Below the pieces are notes generated by a model that made no database searches, was not told the origin of the DNA, and saw only the letters and a list, made by a program, of their open reading frames with translations. A program made the position numbers and the translations under genes. A stretch of 64,000 nt of DNA, from contig OX597840.1 of the NCBI GenBank assembly GCA_951406725.2, forward strand, positions 40,163,844-40,227,843. Direction: 5' to 3'. Source of the DNA: Octopus vulgaris. Taxonomy: Eukaryota. Below are positions 42,665 to 56,869 of this stretch, piece after piece; the first letter of the stretch is position 1, and the number at the start of each line of letters is the position of its first letter.

Positions 42665-42937
42665 TATTAGGGAGTAAATCCAAACTTACAGGGAAAAATT
42701 AGATTTAGGATTAAATCTAATTTTACAGTATAAATATATATATTTATATATTAAATTAGAGATAAAACCACTTTTAGGCAAATCAAACAGTGAAAAACAA
42801 AACCAAAACATAGAAATAAAATTAATTAATATAATACAAAACATATTTAAAAAATATATTAATTACATTTCTATGTTTTGATTTATGTTTTTCACTGTTT
42901 GATTTGCCTAAAAGTGGTTTTATCTCTAATTTAATAG
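42660..42937. mobile_element. Fold-back element in (TA)n (inverted arms 42749-42815 / 42867-42935)
   Basis: TTAAATTAGAGATAAAACCACTTTTAGGCAAATCAAACAGTGAAAAAC and its exact reverse complement. Confidence 0.75.
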
Positions 42938-42947
42938 ATAGATATAT

Positions 42948-43300
42948 ATTATAATAAGGGTCAGCAAAGATTTGCTTTACCACATACCGAAGTTTAGAAA
43001 TAGCAGCCAAAGAACCTTAGCTATTTCCTCTACTTTAAAAAGAGACTCCCGGAAAAAAAAACAAAGTACTTGAAAACGATCCACGCAGGCAGAGATGAAG
43101 AATAACGAAAATCAATCGATATTTGATTACTCATGTGCGCGTTTCGGAATTAGATCGGTAGAAAGAATGTAGAATTTATACTTTACCCGAACATTTTCTT
43201 CATCAGCATGGGACTTCACAATATTAAATATTAAAAATATTATATCCAAAGGCACTGGAAGAATAGAATATACCTCTCCAACTAACAGTATCAGACAGAT
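42948..43300 (-). mobile_element. Penelope-like pLTR fragment carrying a hammerhead (43130-43212); same family as the 51.9-kb and 57.7-kb fold-backs
   Basis: Shared ACCACATACCGAA..TAGAAATAGCAG.CAAA; minus strand CAUG-CUGAUGA...UUCC-GAAAC-GC-GCA-CAUG. Confidence 0.68.
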
Positions 43301-44011
<711 letters not shown>

Positions 44012-44219
44012 GTTTAACGTTAATACATGGCCATCAGCCGTTGCAAAAGATACTAAGTAAACAGCGGTGTACCACTTGTCCGACCGTTCAAAATCATCAA
44101 CTACAAAAAGATATTCTTTATCGTCTCGCCGTGAACTCAGTCGGATTAAAGTGGCTAAATCACTATTCGTTCTTATCTCTCTATACATATATACATAAAG
44201 ACATATATATATGTATATA

Positions 44220-44268
<49 letters not shown>

Positions 44269-44390
44269 TATGAAGATCAGTGCCTTTGATGTTCAAGAGC
44301 CACACGCAAACACTTACAAACAGATATATATATATAATTATATATGTATATATATTTATGTATGTATGTATATGTATATATATATGTATG

Positions 44391-44492
<102 letters not shown>

Positions 44493-44573
44493 CATATACA
44501 CACACACACATATATATATACATAAATATATATATATACATATACATATATATATATATGTATATATATACAT

Positions 44574-44604
<31 letters not shown>

Positions 44605-44883
44605 AATATATATACAGAGCAGGAGAAGGAAAGAGAGAGGGAGTGAGAGATAATCAGAGACAGAAACAGAGACAGATAGATAGATAGATACACTCACATA
44701 TACATATATACATATATATGCATATATATATATATACAACTATATATATATATGTATGTAGTATATACACACGCATATATATAGACATATTCATTATATA
44801 TATATATACATACATATATATACTTATATATAAACACATGAAGTATATATTTATACATATGTGCATATATGTGTGCGTGCGTG

Positions 44884-44943
<60 letters not shown>

Positions 44944-45007
44944 ATGCCTATACTTGGCTGTTAGGACGTGGTTGTTTACCTAAGCCGGTGTATTCCGTTT
45001 GTATATG

Positions 45008-45170
45008 ATGCATAAGACTCTACTTGTTTACGTTACACACACACGTGTGTGTGTGTGTAAATTCATATACAGAAATGTGATTATGGAAGTTTCCAATGTG
45101 AAAAATGACAACTATTTTAACTCTTTCTACTTTGGTGAAGCACTAGCATTACATCGGTCCGTGACTCTGT

Positions 45171-45235
<65 letters not shown>

Positions 45236-45371
45236 TATGCCTATACTTGTGTGGGGTAGTGTATACACACATGCAGACAAAAGGTGAATATTTTTTCTAA
45301 GCTGACAATGCATAAGACTCTACTTGTTTACGTTACACACACACGTGTGTGTGTGTGTAAATTCATATACA
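45008..45371. repeat. About 63-bp perfect direct repeat (45008-45071, 45308-45371)
   Basis: ATGCATAAGACTCTACTTGTTTACGTTACACAC...TAAATTCATATACA occurs twice, 300 bp apart. Confidence 0.9.
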
Positions 45372-45374
45372 TAA

Positions 45375-45449
<75 letters not shown>

Positions 45450-45466
45450 TATATATATTCAGATAC

Positions 45467-45507
<41 letters not shown>

Positions 45508-45637
45508 CATATGCATATGTGTATATACGGAAATATGCATACACACTTGTATACATAGAGTGTGAGACGGAACAAGAGATGTATATGTGTGTATGTGTGT
45601 GTGTGTGTGTGCGTATGTATGTATGTATATGTATGCG

Positions 45638-45674
<37 letters not shown>

Positions 45675-45714
45675 ATATATGTATGACTACATATCTATAT
45701 ATACATATTTATGG

Positions 45715-45777
<63 letters not shown>

Positions 45778-46489
45778 CATATGCATATGTGTTTATACGG
45801 AAATATGTATACATATTTATGCAAAGAGACATACATTATACACATACATATATGTGTATATGAATGCGTGTGTGTGTTTGCTTGCCTGTCTATACATATA
45901 CTTGAGACATGTACATCTCAAGCTGAAGTTACCATTCTAGGGTTGTCAATTTATTTGAAGTTGAGTTGAGGAATTTACATCATGCTCATTTAATGCGTAT
46001 TTTTTTATATTTCATTCTTCTACATAATACAAGATTCTTTAACTTTCCAGTCAAAGACAGCCGTGTATAGTATGTTCAGTAGTTGAGAAAAGCGAGAAAG
46101 GGGAAACTGTTATCTGTAGGTTAAATTCTTCCAGGACAAACCTACTTTGCAAAATCCCTCCGTGTATTAAGATTTAGTGATTATCTACGGACAAAATTCA
46201 CAAGACCGTATTGCTATTTTCTTTCCGGATGCAGATAAGAATTATAGTTTTCACATCTTTTCGCATGGTCCAGCGTGAGGTGCTTTAAATACATCTAATG
46301 GAATCTGAAATATCGCTTCGAGATACATGGTGTTTTATATAAACCTACCAACTGAACGTATTTCAAAGCATGAACTGTTAGCAGTTCTTTTAAAATAGTG
46401 TATATTACATGATATTTATCTCTTACTAGATGAAGTATTTTTATTGATCCTACGTGTAGTGGAAATGCAAATTATAAATATATATATAT

Positions 46490-46872
46490 GGAAGCACTCC
46501 GTCGGTTACGACGATGAGGGTTCCGGTTGATCCGAATCAACGGAACAGCCTGCTCGTGAAATTAACGTGTAAGTGGCAGAGCACTCCACAGACACGTGTA
46601 CCCTTAACGTAGTTCTCGGGGATATTCAGCGTGACACAGAGAGTGACAAAGCCGGCCCTTTGAAATACAGGTACAACAGAAACAGGAAGTAAGAGTGAGA
46701 GAAAGTTGTGGTGAAAGAGTACAGCAGGGATCACCACCAGCCCCTGCCGGAGCCTCGTGGAACTTTAGGTGTTTTCGCTCAATAAACACTCACAACGCCC
46801 GGTCTGGGAATCGAAACCGCGATCCTAAGACCGCGAGCCCGCTGCCCTAACCACTGGGCCATTGCGCCTCCA
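46490..46872 (-). mobile_element. SINE family C, tail type 2
   Basis: Head and body nearly identical to the 39456 copy up to CTCTCACTCTT, then an unrelated ~200-bp tail ending GTAACCGACGGAGTGCTTCC. Confidence 0.9.
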
Positions 46873-47032
46873 CATATATGTATATATATATGTGTGTGTA
46901 TACATACATGACGGGCTTTCACTTTCTGTCTAACAAGCCCACTTTGGTCGGTACGAGGCTAAAGTAGAAAAAAACTTGCTCAAGGACCATGCAGTGAGGG
47001 GAGGTCATCAGCTTCCCCATACTGGTTCAACA

Positions 47033-47075
47033 TCCTCAGACCGGTTTCAGGGTATTTGCCCCTTATCAATGTGGA
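47033..47075 (-). ncRNA. Minimal type-I hammerhead-like motif, U3:A8 core
   Basis: UCCACA-UUGAUAA-GGGG-CAAAUA-CCCU-GAAAC-CG-GUC-UGAGGA. Confidence 0.65.
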
Positions 47076-47499
47076 GCATCCGAACCCGGCAGGCGTCGCT
47101 ATTGACTGTCAGTTCGAAGGTTTATTTATACAATGGACATAGATGTGTGTGTCATATAGCTAGCTAGAGGCGGTGGTCTCTTGGAGCTAATCAACGGCAG
47201 CATTCGTCCTATTTCTCTGGATTGTCATGTTAGCTTAGCGATAAATATTAATAGCCAACACTGCTACCGTAATGTCCTTTAGACGCACAATGTAATAACA
47301 CGTTTTTGATGCCTAAAACCGCAAATATTACGTAGTTTTCTTTTTAGAATTTTCGTGTAGACTGGCGTTGCAAATGGAGATCGTGCGGAAACCTTTGTAA
47401 CTTATAATTAAAGATGTGTTAAAGAATTTTCTTTGTCTTCTTCTTTTCATTGGTATATATGCGTATATATATATAGATATATATATATATAATATTGTG

Positions 47500-47668
47500 T
47501 ACATTAAAACACATTAAGGGGCTTCCATCATAGGAAAGCTTTGCGCTAGAAAGAGCAGTAAGCAACTCAAACCACTAACTAGGGATAAATTCTCGAAGGG
47601 AATGAAAATTAAAAACATTTACCATCCAATTTAATTCCTAGACCATGGTTTCTGACTTATTTTAGCCA
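47500..47668 (-). mobile_element. 5'-truncated relative of the 29.1-29.8 kb Penelope-like element (3' half of hammerhead)
   Basis: GAAAC-CAUG-GUC followed by GGTAAATGTTTTTAATTTTCATTCCCTTCGAGAATT, similar to 29657-29725. Confidence 0.6.
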
Positions 47669-47685
47669 TACACATATATATACAT

Positions 47686-47858
47686 GGGGGTGGCGATCCC
47701 TGCTGTACTCTTTCGCCACAACTTTCTCTCACTCTTTCTTCTGTTGGCCTGCTCGCTTAGCCAGCAGGGTGGCGTCATTTGAAGGCTAAAACAATGCGAA
47801 GCACATTGTGACCAGCGATGTGTAGCAGCATTTGATAGCCTGGTCGGTCACGGTGATA
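47686..47858 (+). mobile_element. 5'-truncated SINE family C, tail type 1
   Basis: Matches 39585-39760. Confidence 0.85.
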
Positions 47859-48753
47859 CATATATGCATACACACATGCATACATATATATATATACATA
47901 TATATACATATATACATACATACATATATATATACATGCATATATATATATTAATACCGATTTTGATATCGTTATACAACATATTGTTAGTAATAGGAAA
48001 ACCAACAGTTTCATACAATGAGACTAATATTCTGCCATTTCCTAGTCATTTTCGTTATAGTTATTGCTTCACCAATCGTCAGTTTTGTTCAGTAAATTAA
48101 CACTGCGAAGACTAAAGCTACGGTGGGAACCAGCTAATTTGGGAAATAAACCATTATAACATATTAAATTGTCTCTTTCGCCTGGAAGAATCGGTAAATT
48201 GTATTAAATGATGTGATTTGTATCTCTTGGATCATTAACTGTTAAACCTATTTTATTTTTTCTTTTAAGGGTGAGAATATAATGTCTGTATATTAACATT
48301 AAAATTTTAAAGCCACTTCGTAAATCGATATCGCATTGTTCTGGTTATTATTTTATATTTTCATTAGTTTCAACCCGAAGTCTGTGGCCATACTGGACCA
48401 CTGCCAGTGTTATCATTTCCATTGTCATTCTTCCGTGACTGACTTTTGGTTAAGAAGGAGTTCGACATTACTACCCCTCGTTTTGTTTTTATTGTTTTGT
48501 TTTATAGTTTCCTGCCGTGATGTTGGTTCATTTAAGAACTTAGTAGTAGCTCAAGTTGTCTCTTGAAAATATTTACCCCCTACTTCATGTGGATCTCTCA
48601 GATGCCTTGGCAAGTTATTAAATAGCAGTGGGCCCTCGGATCCTAGGCTATTTCATACAAGTGCCTCATTCTAGGCCGGATGGCTGGCATATTTGGAAAA
48701 GTGCAGTGACATCCATTTTGAATTTAGATGATGTTGTTAAGATTGTTTTTTAG

Positions 48754-49278
<525 letters not shown>

Positions 49279-49960
49279 AAATATATATATATATTTATAT
49301 ATATAATATAATATAATATAATATAATATAATATAATATAATATAACATAATATAATATAATATACAAGATTCTGTTAAATAAGATACTTAATAAGATAG
49401 GTCGGATTCTGCGGCAAGAGCCACCCGTCCATTCACTAAAAATATGTGCCATGGATTCTAAATTATTTTGTATGCTCTTGATTCATCAGAAGAAAATGGT
49501 GTACTCATTGACCAATTAAAAAATTCGTTAATATATATATATCACGGGCCTCAGTCAGTTTCTATGAAATCCACTCACAAATCTGCAGCGGGACTTTGCA
49601 GTGAGACTAAACCACGTGGTTGGGCAGCAATGTTATTACCACACAGCCCAAACTGCGCTTACATATATATTAAAATATTTTCACACAAGTTTTTTCTGTC
49701 ATTTTAGCTTCAGATTTCATTAATGAACAAATTGATGACGGGTGATGCATTAATAACTGAATAACTATGATCCCAATAATCAGGTTACGGTGGAAGATTT
49801 GCATGCTAGGAAGGAGCTAATAGCAAAATTACATGGGATAAAAGTGTAAATAAAAGAGGAAGGGCCGACCAATTCCTTTTGAGTGAAACTGGTAGCCTGA
49901 AAACTCTGTGGAAACACATCGTGTATATACATACAAACATATATATATATATATATATAT

Positions 49961-50168
49961 ATATTGTTATATTTCGGAATGGTCATATTGCCAGTTTAGC
50001 CAATAAAAACACACGCACTATATATTTGGTGTTATTTTGCTTCAGTGATATTTATTTTTTACATTAATCTTATTGGCTAAACTGGCAATATGACCATTCC
50101 GAAATATAACAATATCTGTTTCAACACACGACTTCACATAAAAAATCTTGCACAACAAATATTTAAAC

Positions 50169-50170
<2 letters not shown>
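49961..50170. mobile_element. Fold-back Penelope-like fragment (arms 49961-50005 / 50070-50115)
   Basis: ATATTGTTATATTTCGGAATGGTCATATTGCCAGTTTAGCCAATAA and its exact reverse complement; shares the ATTTAAACG end with the 26460 copy. Confidence 0.75.
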
Positions 50171-50234
<64 letters not shown>

Positions 50235-50240
<6 letters not shown>

Positions 50241-50673
50241 TAAGGGTAGAAATTGATATTAAATCAATTAAAACCAGTGGCTTAGCATATTTAAAAAATC
50301 CGAAGATTAAAAGTTGTGTTACATAAAAAATTTAGATGAATGACCACTAGAGTGGACAGCTTATATGCTAAACATAGACGTCAAATCGCCCTTACCATGA
50401 AGAATGTGTTCTCATGAAAGATCTCAGCAAAAAACCAAAGTGTAAAAATAAGCACGACAAATGAAAATCTACGAAATAAAAAACGATTACCTATGTACCG
50501 ATCAGTTTCACTTGTTAATATTTACGTATATGGATACGCAAACATCTGCAAGATCATCAGCATAGTCTGTCATTTGCCAAATTTCTTGAGAACACATTCT
50601 TCGTGGTAATGGCGATTTGACGTCTATGTTTAGCATATAGGGTGTCCACTTTAGTGGTCATTCCTCTAAATTT
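50235..50673 (-). mobile_element. Fold-back Penelope-like element (arms 50328-50414 / 50587-50673) enclosing a hammerhead
   Basis: About 87-bp inverted repeat, inserted in (TA)n. Confidence 0.78.
50491..50565 (-). ncRNA. Type-I hammerhead ribozyme motif, intact core, long helix II
   Basis: CUAUG-CUGAUGA-U-CUUG..GAUGUUUGCGUAU/AUACGUAAAUAUU..CAAG-U-GAAAC-UGAUCG-GUA-CAUAG. Confidence 0.78.
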
Positions 50674-50879
50674 ATATATATATATTCGTGTGTGTGTGTG
50701 TGTGTGTGCGTGTGTGTGTGTGTGTTTGTGTTTGTGTGTGATTGTGTTTGTCGGCATAGCTTTTTGTACCACCTATATGCCTCTCTGTCTATCTCTTTCA
50801 CATTCAATATTTTCTATACATTTCCTACTATTTCGTACAAATCTATGTATGCAAATATATTTGGTTATGTATGTATGTA

Positions 50880-51100
50880 TGTAGGTAGGTACGTAGGTAG
50901 GTAGGTAGGTCGGTAGGTAGGTAGGTAGGTAAGTAGGTAGGTAGGTAGGTAGGTAAGTAGATAGGTAGGTAGGTAGGTAGGTAGGTAGGTAGGTAGGTAG
51001 GTAGGTAGGTAGGTAGGTAGGTAGGTAGGTAGACAGGTAGTTTGGTAGATAGGTAGGTATGTATGTATGTATGTAGGTAGGTAGGTAGGTAGGTAGGTAG
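50880..51100. repeat. (TAGG)n microsatellite
   Basis: Direct reading. Confidence 0.95.
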
Positions 51101-51195
51101 TTATACGTAAGTGTTTTTATGTATATGTGTATGTTTTAAAAAATATGTATGAAAATATATATATATATATCTATATGTATATATATATATGTATG

Positions 51196-51250
<55 letters not shown>

Positions 51251-51540
51251 ATTAAGGTGTATATATGTAAGTATAATTATGTATGTTAGCAATACCAGAT
51301 CTTTATTTTCTACTTTTATTGTCGCTAGAAGAAATTGGGAAAAAGTTTGTCTGGAAAATTCTTTCTCTTGCAAATTACAGTCTACGATTCTAATGATGGA
51401 TTAATGGCAGAAGGCTGGTCTCTGTCGGCCAAATTAATTTCATACAAGTCTTTATTATATTGTTCATTTCGTTCTTCATTCGTTATCACCAACGCACACA
51501 CGCACACACACACACATTCACACACGCATATACACATACA

Positions 51541-51600
<60 letters not shown>

Positions 51601-51603
<3 letters not shown>

Positions 51604-51755
51604 AGTGGCTGTGTGGTAAGAAGCTTGCTTCCCAACCACATGGTTCCGGGTTGAGTCCCACTGCGTGGCACCTTGGGCAAGTGTCTTCTACTATAGCCTT
51701 GGACCGACCAAAGCCTTGTGAGTGGATTTGGTAGACGGAAGGAAACTCGTCGTAT
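51601..51755 (+). mobile_element. 5' half of SINE family A
   Basis: AGGAGTGGCTGTGTGGTAAGAAGCTTGCTTCCC...GGATTTGGTAGACGGAA. Confidence 0.88.
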
Positions 51756-51796
51756 ATATACATATATATACACACATATACATATATATATATATG

Positions 51797-52152
51797 CAAA
51801 AAAGGGTGGAATATAATTAATTTAATAAAATTAATAAATTTCACCTAGTAGATTTATCGGTATGGAAAAGACCATATTTGGTAAGGGGATAATAATAATT
51901 ATAATTAAGGGTTAAATGCAACAAGTTGCTCAAAACCACATACCGAAAATATTAGAAATAGCAGTCAAATTGATCACTATTTCCTCTACTAATAAAAAAT
52001 CTCCACAAACAGACAGAATTTGTAACCTGTATATGGCAAAAAGGAAGAAAATAACGAAATCCCGGCCTATGGATTAATTTCCTTTTTTGCCATATACAGG
52101 TTACAAATTCTGTTTGTTTTATTAGTAGAGGAAATAGTGATTAATTTGACTG
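51797..52152. mobile_element. Fold-back Penelope-like element (arms 51962-52046 / 52079-52152)
   Basis: Inverted repeat with an internal deletion; same family as 42948 and 57709. Confidence 0.7.
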
Positions 52153-52214
52153 ATATATATATATATATATATACAGTGTACATTTAAATACATAAGAGAT
52201 GACCATCATCTTAT

Positions 52215-52545
52215 GTGAATTTTGCCCTTGCTTTAAATGGAATTCTGATTCTTCCAGAATATTGGAACATGTTGCGTAGTTAGGTAGACCACATTTTTTT
52301 CACACTTGCATTCCGTTATTCTTGAGAATAATTTAGGATTTGTGAAGATCTTCTTTAATGCATTTGGTTGTTTGTTGTTTTTAATGATCTTATGCGTTCG
52401 CAGAATTTCCCTCAGCTCCTTATGGAGTATTGGGAGATTTTGAACAATGCCGTTAAATGCCTCGTTGTTTCTGGGGTTGTATGTGGAAACATAAGCTAAT
52501 ATTTTCAGCGTAGGTGTGTTACTGTGTCCGACTGTTCGAATGATG
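52215..52545 (-). pseudogene. Penelope-like element (Neptune-type) ORF remnant: RT thumb and Cys-rich linker before the GIY-YIG domain
   Basis: ILAYVSTYNPRNNEAFNGIVQNLPILH...KIIKNNKQPNALKKIFT, then after a frameshift KCGLPNYATCSNILEESEF. Confidence 0.72.
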
Positions 52546-52700
52546 GCTTAGCCTGGCGAAACTTTGAAGTCACTCTCAATACTATTTGAGACCGATGAGC
52601 GTTTTAGTTCAGGCACTGCCGATAATGCCAAGCAATGGAGTAGCAAACATCGACATTTGCGTTCGTTCTCATTCAATTCGTCATCTATTGCCTTCTTTGT

Positions 52701-53140
52701 ACTCTTTTTACTCTTTTACTCTTTTACTTGTTTCAGTCATTTGACAGCGGCCATGCTGGTGCACCGCCTTTAGTCGAACAAATCGACCCCAGGACTTATT
52801 CTTTGTAAGCCTAGTACTTATTCTATCGTTCTCTTTTGCCGAACCGCTAAGTTACGGGGACGTAAACACACCAGCATCGGTTGTCAAGCGATGTTGGGAG
52901 GGACAATCGCAGATACGCAAACGCATACACACACATACACACACACACATATATATATATACACACACACATATACGCAACGGGTTTCTTTCAGTTTCCG
53001 TCTACCAAATCCACTCACAAGGCTTTGGCCGCCCCGAGGCTATAAAAGAAGGCACTTGCCCAAGGTGTCACGCAGGAAGACTGAACCCTGAACCATGTGG
53101 TTGGTAAGCAAGCTACTTACCACACAGCTACTCCTATGCC
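52701..53140 (-). mobile_element. SINE family A, full length
   Basis: Complete head, core and tail with (TAAAAGAG)n end. Confidence 0.92.
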
Positions 53141-53143
53141 TAT

Positions 53144-53250
53144 AAAAATATGGAACCCTTCACGAATTTGCGTGTCATCCTTGCGCAGGGGCCATGCTAG
53201 TATTTTCTGTATCGTTCCAATTTCAGAATACGTACCGTCGTAGTTAGTAC
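53144..53250 (-). ncRNA. U6: Full-length (107 nt) divergent U6 snRNA copy, probably a pseudogene
   Basis: AATTGGAACGATACAGAAAATACTAGCATGGCCCCTGCGCAAGGATGACACGCAAATTCGTGAAGGGTTCCATATTTTT; ACAGAGA box changed to ACAGAAA and 5' stem disrupted. Confidence 0.93.
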
Positions 53251-53560
53251 CGTAAACTTTATCGTTAAAGTATTCTCCTTTAAAGGGTCTGGTGATGCGA
53301 GGGCCGGTGAAGGTAGGGGCTATTCTACTGAGCTCCCTGGTACAATCTCCTAATGATAGTGGATAGTGGGAGAATGTCCATTTTGCTGGTGATAAAATTC
53401 CATATCTTTAAATTACTCCTATATACTGTGCCTGACAAACTGTCTCAGAAATTTGAAGTAAACGGGACCAGTAAAAGACCACAAAAAGTAATTGTCCGTT
53501 TAATATTTTTAAGGATCAGTTACACCTTACTGTAGCTCTTGGTATTTTTAATATGATTGA

Positions 53561-53982
53561 AGGCGGCGAGCTGGCAGAAACGTTAGCATGCAGGGCGAAA
53601 TGCTTAGCGGTATTTCGTCTGCCGTTACGTTCTGAGTTCAAATTCCGCCGAGGTCGACTTTGCCTTTCAACCTTTCGGGGTCGATTAAATAAGTACCAGT
53701 TACGCACTGAGGTCGATATAATCGACTAAGTCCGTGTGTCTGTCCTTGTTTGTCCTCTCTGTGTTTAGCCCCTTGTGGGTAGTAAAGAAATAGGTATTTC
53801 GTCTGCCTTTACGTTCTGAGTTCAAATTCCGCCGAGGTCGACTTTGCCTTTCATCTTTTCGGGATCGATTAAATAAGTACCAGTTACGCACTGGGGTCAA
53901 TATAATTGACTTAATCCGTTTGTCTGTCCTTGTTTGTCCTCTCTGTGTTTAGCCTCTTGTGGGTAGTAAAGAAAAAGGTATA
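53561..53982 (+). mobile_element. SINE family B with two 184-bp units
   Basis: TATTTCGTCTG at 53611 and 53795; TTAATATGAT on both flanks (TSD-like). Confidence 0.9.
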
Positions 53983-54112
53983 TTAATATGATGGTCCTCT
54001 GTAATATGCGATATCTCAGGTTCTCAGAAGATATAACTGTGACGGTTGATTGAACCGTTTCACTTCAGAATACCCCAACTATGTTGGTAAGCGTGTATCT
54101 TCTCGCAAATAT

Positions 54113-54350
<238 letters not shown>

Positions 54351-54678
54351 ACACGGACAGAGACACACAACATAACAGAAAAAATAATACAAAAAATTCA
54401 TGATGATATTTGAAGATAAAAGTTAGTATTATTAAAAAATCAATGCTCATTTGAAGTGATATTAACAATGTTATTTTACAATAAACAGAAAACTGGTCTC
54501 AAATGATGGTATTGTTTTACTGTGTGGCAAATTTGCATCTAAATGACAATAGCGATTATAGTTAGAATAATGTGATTTGAAGTAAATAACTGTATTTTCG
54601 TGGTCGATAAATATAATTCACAGTTATCTTTGTGTTATACGATTTTTGAAGCAAATAAAATCGTATTTATTTCGTTAT

Positions 54679-54714
<36 letters not shown>

Positions 54715-54738
54715 GCACACATACAAACATACATACAT

Positions 54739-54781
<43 letters not shown>

Positions 54782-54783
54782 TC

Positions 54784-54847
<64 letters not shown>

Positions 54848-55014
54848 CATACATACAAACATACATACACACACATACATATATATATACAGACATACAT
54901 GCAAACATACATACATACACATATATACATATATATATATATTTACATAAATTGAAACGCACAGCCATATACTCACACGTATATGTATATAATATATACA
55001 CACATGTATGTATG

Positions 55015-55059
<45 letters not shown>

Positions 55060-55199
55060 ATATATATATATACATATATTCTTGTTTTGCTTTTTCTTTT
55101 GTTCTTGGTCTTTCTTTCTCTCTTTCTCACTTCCTTTTTCTTTTCCTTCTTCCTCTCTAACCAAGCCTCCAAAAGTTTACCATACACATACACCCACGG

Positions 55200-55570
55200 A
55201 TATTTTTTTAATATTTTACTTGCTTCAGTCATTTGACTGCGTCCATGCTGGAGTGCCACCTTCAAGACCTTATACTTGTTAAGCCTAGTACCTGTTCTAT
55301 CGATTTCTTTTGCCGAAAGGCTAATTTACAGGGGCATAAACTCAAACATCGAGTGTCAAGCGACTGTGAGGTTGACAAACGCAGACACAAAGACACACAC
55401 TCATAAATATACGTGCATTCATATATATATATGCAACAGGCTTCTGTCAGTTTCTGTCCTCCAATTCCACTCACAAGGCTTTGGTCAGCGTGAAGATATA
55501 GTAGAAAACACTTCACCAAGGTTTCACGCTGTGGACTGAACACGGAATCTTAGTTGAAAAACAAGCTTCT
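55200..55570 (-). mobile_element. Older SINE family A copy, head interrupted by a SINE B
   Basis: TTCAGTCATTTGACTGCGTCCATGCTGGAG...CACTCACAAGGCTTTGGTC. Confidence 0.78.
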
Positions 55571-55987
55571 TATTTCTTTACTACCCACAAGTGGTTACAC
55601 ACAGAGGGGACAAACAAGGACAGACAGACGGATTAAGTCGATTACATCGACTCCAGTGCGTAACTGGTACTTATTTAATCGACCCCGAAAGGAAGAAAGA
55701 CAAAGTCGACCTCGGCGGAATTTGAACTCAGAACGTAGCGGCAGACGATATAGCTATTTCTTTACTACCCATAAGGGTCTAAACACAGAGAGGACAAACA
55801 AGGACAGACAAACGGATTAAGTCGATTATATCTACCCCAGTGCGTAACTGGTACTTAATTTAACGACCCCGAAAGGATGAAAGGCAAAGTCGACATTGAC
55901 AGAATTTGAACTCAGAACGTAGCGGCAGACGAAATACGGCTACGCATTTCGCCCGGCGTGCTAACGCTTCCGCCAGCTCGCCGCCTT
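55571..55987 (-). mobile_element. SINE family B with two 184-bp units
   Basis: Head GGCGGCGAGCTGGCGGAAGCGTTAGC at 55985; body duplicated. Confidence 0.9.
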
Positions 55988-56574
55988 CTTACCACACACC
56001 CACACACACGTACACACCCACATATCCAAACACACACAAACACACACAAACACACACAGACACACACACACACACAATTCGATTCAAAATAACAAATGAT
56101 CGTTTTCTTCGCAATTGAACTCGAAATTTGTGAACATAAGTAAGTCACTTTTATATAAAATGCGTAAACCTTGTGTAAAAAAAATTTTTTTCTAATCAAT
56201 TCCTCAAGGAAGCTGAAAGCGCGAACGGACAGTGTACAGTGTACGTAGTCATATAGGAGTTTTGCGTGTTTCGTTGAGTAAATGAGTATAAGTGTGTGTG
56301 ACAGTGAGTGGGTGCATTTGTGTGTATGTGCGTATGGTTGTATATGTTTGCGCGCGTGAAGTGTGTGTGCGTGTGTCTATATATGTTTGTGTGTGTGAAG
56401 TTAATATGAATAAATATTTCGTAATGATAGCGGGAATGTATCCTCGTGCGATGTTTAGCAAAGCACTGAAATATAATCGATTTCAGAAGGATAATAGGAT
56501 AATAATATATTGAGTTAGATAAAACGTCAAGCAGAGAGCTTATTAAGGCATTTCCTAATGTATGCGCTTCTGTC

Positions 56575-56629
<55 letters not shown>

Positions 56630-56632
<3 letters not shown>

Positions 56633-56790
56633 AGGATATCGTGAAAGGCCTAGTTGGAGCCCCAACTTTCCAAGGTCTTTTACAGGGATTGGAAAAACCG
56701 AAGGACTGCTGCAATAAGTGTCTGAATCTGAGAGGCGAATATGTTGAATAAAAACTGATCCTACCGTATTTTCTTTTACCTAAATTCAGG
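56630..56790 (+). mobile_element. mariner transposase C-terminal remnant
   Basis: GLEKPKDCCNKCLNLRGEYVE* matches the mariner end motif (W.KC...G.YVE). Confidence 0.7.
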
Positions 56791-56869
56791 ATCTTTTCAT
56801 CACTCAAATGTGTGTATTTTGTTTATTTTATATTTATATTTATTAATATAACTTAACATTATGCACTTT

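Noticed and set aside
53144-53250. Functional canonical U6 gene
   Set aside because: The invariant ACAGAGA box is mutated and the 5' stem is imperfect; reported as a probable pseudogene or variant instead.
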